Source: Opitutales bacterium
GTDB taxonomy: Bacteria; Verrucomicrobiota; Verrucomicrobiia; Opitutales; PNEW01
Length of the DNA: 64,000 bases
Direction: 5' to 3'
Assembly: GCA_965197745.1 (NCBI GenBank)
Contig: CBDANS010000006.1
Location: 1,453,834-1,517,833 of the forward strand
The position numbers and the translations under genes were made by a program. Below, piece by piece: positions 60,679-64,000 of the stretch (the stretch's first letter is position 1; the number at the start of each line of letters is the position of its first letter). Under the pieces are notes generated by a model. It saw only the letters and a list, made by a program, of their open reading frames with translations, had not been told where the DNA came from and searched no databases.

Positions 60679-62952
60679 ATGATTATTACCAAAAAGAAAA
60701 TAGTTTCATTTATATCTTATACAATCACTGCTTATTTCTTAATGTGTAATATTGTGTATGGATTTGGTGATATAGAAGGTCAGCTACTTGATGCAGACCC
60801 AGATAAATTATTGAAATGGACCCGTCGTGATACTAGTTCAATCGGTGATATACGTACAGTTGGTTATTTAAATGATCGGTTTGTTGCTGCCAGTGCGACC
60901 TACATTATGACGAGTTTAGATGGTAATGAATGGAATGAAATTGAATCTCCGGGGACAAGTCATGAATCTACCGTTTTTGGCAATGGGTTATATTTAATAG
61001 GGGGTGCGCATGGTGCAATGAATGTCAGTGAAGATGGCGTGTCGTGGAGTAGAATTACATACCCATTGAGCTTCATAAAAGAATTACTTTATGTCGAAAA
61101 TCGGTTTATTGGTGTTGGTAATGTAAGTGTTTATAAAAGCGATGGCGGATTAATTTGGGAAATGATTAATCCCGGGTTCTCAATTAATTTAGAGAGAAAC
61201 CTAGAAGGTATTTTACACAATAATGGACTTTACATTATTGTGGGTGAAAATGGTACAATACGCACGAGCGAGGACACAGATAACTGGATTGCAAGGGATG
61301 ATTTAAGAGGAATTGGTAGACTTTTCAGTGTCGCGTATGGAAACGGTAAATATATTGCCGTAGGGGAATCTATATTGATCAGTGAAAATGCTGAAAAATG
61401 GGAGTGGCTTGTTTTGGGGTTAGACAATAGGGAGCAATTAAGGAAGATTATTTTTGTCGATGGCGTTTTTTATGCAGTTGGCGGAATCAGGGATGAAAAG
61501 GGGACAATTATAAAGAGTGAGGATGGGCTTACCTGGACTTCAATCGACATTAATGCAAAAGGGATGCTATTTGATATTGCTCATCATGGGCAAAGATTCG
61601 TAACAGTCGGTCAATCTGGTAGGTTATTTACTGCAGGACTGTTCGAAGTTATTATTAATGTACCTGAAGGTGGAAAGGTCTCTGTACCCCTAGAACAAAC
61701 TATTTCAGCTGGCACTACTATATCAGTTTCAGCAACTCCACCTGACGATAAATTTTTTTTAGGATGGACGGGCAGCATTAATACCGATTCAAACCCGCTT
61801 ACAATCACGATTGAGTCTGACATAAACTTAACCGCACAATTCGGTCAGATTTTACCACCAAGTATCAGCTCGCAACCGCAAAGCCAGTTAATAGATATTG
61901 GTCAAGATATTCAGATATTCCCACAAATCTTGAATTTAAATTTTTATCCTCATGAATTTCAATGGTTCTTGGGTAAAAGTGGCGATGTTTCAAATCCTAT
62001 CGAAGGCGAGACAGGGCTCAGTCTAAGTCTGAGCTCCATAGAGGAAAATAGTTACTATTGGGTAAGGGTAACTAATGAAAAAGGTGTCCTCGATTCCGAA
62101 ACGGCAGTAATTACACTAAGACAAACCTATTTCACCACCCCAAATACCGTTTTAGTCCACGGTCTGGGAGATATAGCTGGAGAAAATATTCAGCATCCTA
62201 CTGGAAATATTTACGATCAGGTATTGTTGACTGGGTCAAGTGTCACTATCGTTGCCAAGCAAGGGCAAATCACACGCACCTCATATATAGACGAAAATGA
62301 TGACATAGTGCAAGTTGAGTTCTCAGGTGCTGGAACTCTTACCTTGGCTATTGGTTCTGAAAGCTACCGGCCTCCAGCACTTCCTGCTAAATATAATCAG
62401 TCAGTTTCATATGTTAAAGGGAAAGCGACTATCGCAATTGTTGGAGCAGATGAATCGACCAATGTTAGTGTATTTAGCGTTGGCGTAATAAATGCATCAA
62501 ACCCTGGACTATTTCCGGAAAACGAAAATTATGACGGCAGAGCGGATATTTCTTTCATCAAAATTTCTGGTAGTGCAATTGGAGGTATATTTTGTGCAAA
62601 TGCTCACTTCAGCAATGATGTTGGTTATGTTGGAATAAATGCATTGAAAGTTCCAGTAAAAAATCGATTGATCATAGGGGACCTCGATGCATTCGATGAT
62701 GCCTATCCTATATTACTTATAGGATCAGATTCTGAATTAATTTCAGATAACGGCAAACTTCTTCTTGCTGGAGGCGATTTAAAGCAGACTAATGGAAAAG
62801 CAATCCATGTTGCAGCCTTTGATCCAGTGGCTCCTTTTTCAATTAAAACCCAAGACAATGTTAGATCAAATGGTGCTCTAGAGACTAAACGTCAGGTTGA
62901 AGCACAGTTTCGTAATAACTCTGGCTTTATATTCGAAGTCCCTGTTCAATAA
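60679..62952 (+). CDS. Secreted multidomain protein: BNR/Asp-box-like beta-propeller, InlB-B-like repeat, Ig-like domain, conserved C-terminal domain
   Basis: Signal peptide; S.DG..W repeats; ATPPDDKFFLGWTG; ISSQPQS...YYWVRVTN; HPTGNIYDQVLLTG. Confidence 0.85.
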   Translation: MIITKKKIVSFISYTITAYFLMCNIVYGFGDIEGQLLDADPDKLLKWTRRDTSSIGDIRTVGYLNDRFVAASATYIMTSLDGNEWNEIESPGTSHESTVFGNGLYLIGGAHGAMNVSEDGVSWSRITYPLSFIKELLYVENRFIGVGNVSVYKSDGGLIWEMINPGFSINLERNLEGILHNNGLYIIVGENGTIRTSEDTDNWIARDDLRGIGRLFSVAYGNGKYIAVGESILISENAEKWEWLVLGLDNREQLRKIIFVDGVFYAVGGIRDEKGTIIKSEDGLTWTSIDINAKGMLFDIAHHGQRFVTVGQSGRLFTAGLFEVIINVPEGGKVSVPLEQTISAGTTISVSATPPDDKFFLGWTGSINTDSNPLTITIESDINLTAQFGQILPPSISSQPQSQLIDIGQDIQIFPQILNLNFYPHEFQWFLGKSGDVSNPIEGETGLSLSLSSIEENSYYWVRVTNEKGVLDSETAVITLRQTYFTTPNTVLVHGLGDIAGENIQHPTGNIYDQVLLTGSSVTIVAKQGQITRTSYIDENDDIVQVEFSGAGTLTLAIGSESYRPPALPAKYNQSVSYVKGKATIAIVGADESTNVSVFSVGVINASNPGLFPENENYDGRADISFIKISGSAIGGIFCANAHFSNDVGYVGINALKVPVKNRLIIGDLDAFDDAYPILLIGSDSELISDNGKLLLAGGDLKQTNGKAIHVAAFDPVAPFSIKTQDNVRSNGALETKRQVEAQFRNNSGFIFEVPVQ

Positions 62953-62977
62953 TGTTTTTTCAAATCATCAATTAAGA

Positions 62978-64000
62978 ATGCTTCAATTTAAAAACCTAAC
63001 TAAATTATTAATATTTATATACGTTCTTAGGATAAATGGCATTACCGTCATCTTAAATGCTACGCCAGGAAATCTATTATCACCGGATATATTACATTGG
63101 GAAAAACAGGAATTTCCTGATGATCTAAATCAGATCAGCAATATATTTTATTTTGAAGATCGCTATATTGCGATAGGTGGGATCGGCGCTTCTAGCGCTG
63201 ATGGTATTAATTGGACCTCACTGGAAAAATATCCGCCCTTTTATGCCGAAGACGTCGCTTATGGTAATGGTCGTATTATAAGTGTCGGTTGGGGAGACGT
63301 TATGGGTGAGGGTATAATAGGAAGAGCGGCTATCAGTTTAGACGGTAAGGACTGGTCATTTTCAGAACAATTATTCAGAAAAACGTTATTAAAGGGGATT
63401 GTATATGCCAATGATAAATTTGTCGCCGTAGGTGCAGGCGAAAATACCATGTACACGAGCGTTGATGGAGTTGAATGGACCATTAATAATATCGATACAA
63501 GAGGCTCTAGCCTTGAAGACATAATATACCAAGGTAATATATTTTATGCTGTCGGTGGTAATAGCGATGTATTTACCAGTAAAGATACCATTAAGTGGGA
63601 TCATCACGAAACTGTTAAAAATAGTTCTATAGATGAAATCTTCTATGCAGGAGGACGTTTTGTCGCAGTTGGATATTCTGGGAATATCATAACGAGCACC
63701 AATGGAACAGATTGGGAAAAACGCTCTTCTGGTACTACTGCACATTTAAATGATGTACACTATGCATACGGTAAATATTTTGTCGTGGGAAGTCACGGTA
63801 CGATATTAGTAAGCGACGACTGCGAAACATGGAATACTATGCAGTCAGGTACGAATGAGGAGCTATATGATATGCTTTGGAAAGATGATAAATTTATAAT
63901 CGTTGGTAAGAGAGGCACTGTTTTACTATTTGAAGTCGATACTCCTGAATTCATAAACCACCCACAGAGCGCGAGAATAGATATTAACACATCTAACGAA
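62978..64000 (+). CDS. Second secreted beta-propeller/Ig protein; runs off the window end
   Basis: Manual translation from ATG 62978: SADGINWT, SLDGKDWS, SVDGVEWT, STNGTDWE repeats, then PEFINHPQS. Missing from the ORF track. Confidence 0.85.
   Translation, partial: MLQFKNLTKLLIFIYVLRINGITVILNATPGNLLSPDILHWEKQEFPDDLNQISNIFYFEDRYIAIGGIGASSADGINWTSLEKYPPFYAEDVAYGNGRIISVGWGDVMGEGIIGRAAISLDGKDWSFSEQLFRKTLLKGIVYANDKFVAVGAGENTMYTSVDGVEWTINNIDTRGSSLEDIIYQGNIFYAVGGNSDVFTSKDTIKWDHHETVKNSSIDEIFYAGGRFVAVGYSGNIITSTNGTDWEKRSSGTTAHLNDVHYAYGKYFVVGSHGTILVSDDCETWNTMQSGTNEELYDMLWKDDKFIIVGKRGTVLLFEVDTPEFINHPQSARIDINTSNE

Larger units (their letters stand above)
49246..64000. mobile_element. Probable tRNA-Pro-integrated genomic island, extending beyond the window
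   Basis: att-like fragment, drop in coding density, patchy base composition, pseudogenes, excisionase-like gene. No integrase inside the window. Confidence 0.7.

Noticed and set aside
63259..63990. Three minus-strand ORFs
   Set aside because: They are antisense to the open plus-strand beta-propeller gene starting at 62978.

Overview
Bacterial chromosome segment, probably Verrucomicrobiota (Opitutae-like); this is inferred from the C-terminal domain of the secreted protein at 60.7 kb and was not checked against a database. 1-24.8 kb holds housekeeping and catabolic genes: purN, a stand-alone xanthine-dehydrogenase-family Mo subunit, an NAD-linked formate dehydrogenase pair, a GH27/36-like protein and several small-molecule catabolic enzymes. 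Its intergenic gaps contain several short-repeat families, and two four-helix-bundle genes each lie between inverted 7-bp-period repeats. 24.8-48 kb is the main feature: 24 PhyH-family Fe(II)/2-oxoglutarate dioxygenase genes, 19 of them head-to-tail in one 16.4-kb array. All keep the HxD...H iron triad but differ in discrete loops. From 49.25 kb to the end lies a probable genomic island that starts at a duplicated tRNA-Pro 3' end. It carries three secreted double-Cache paralogs, an excisionase-like gene next to a possible Rep gene, decayed R-M and IS fragments, dispersed repeats and secreted beta-propeller proteins.
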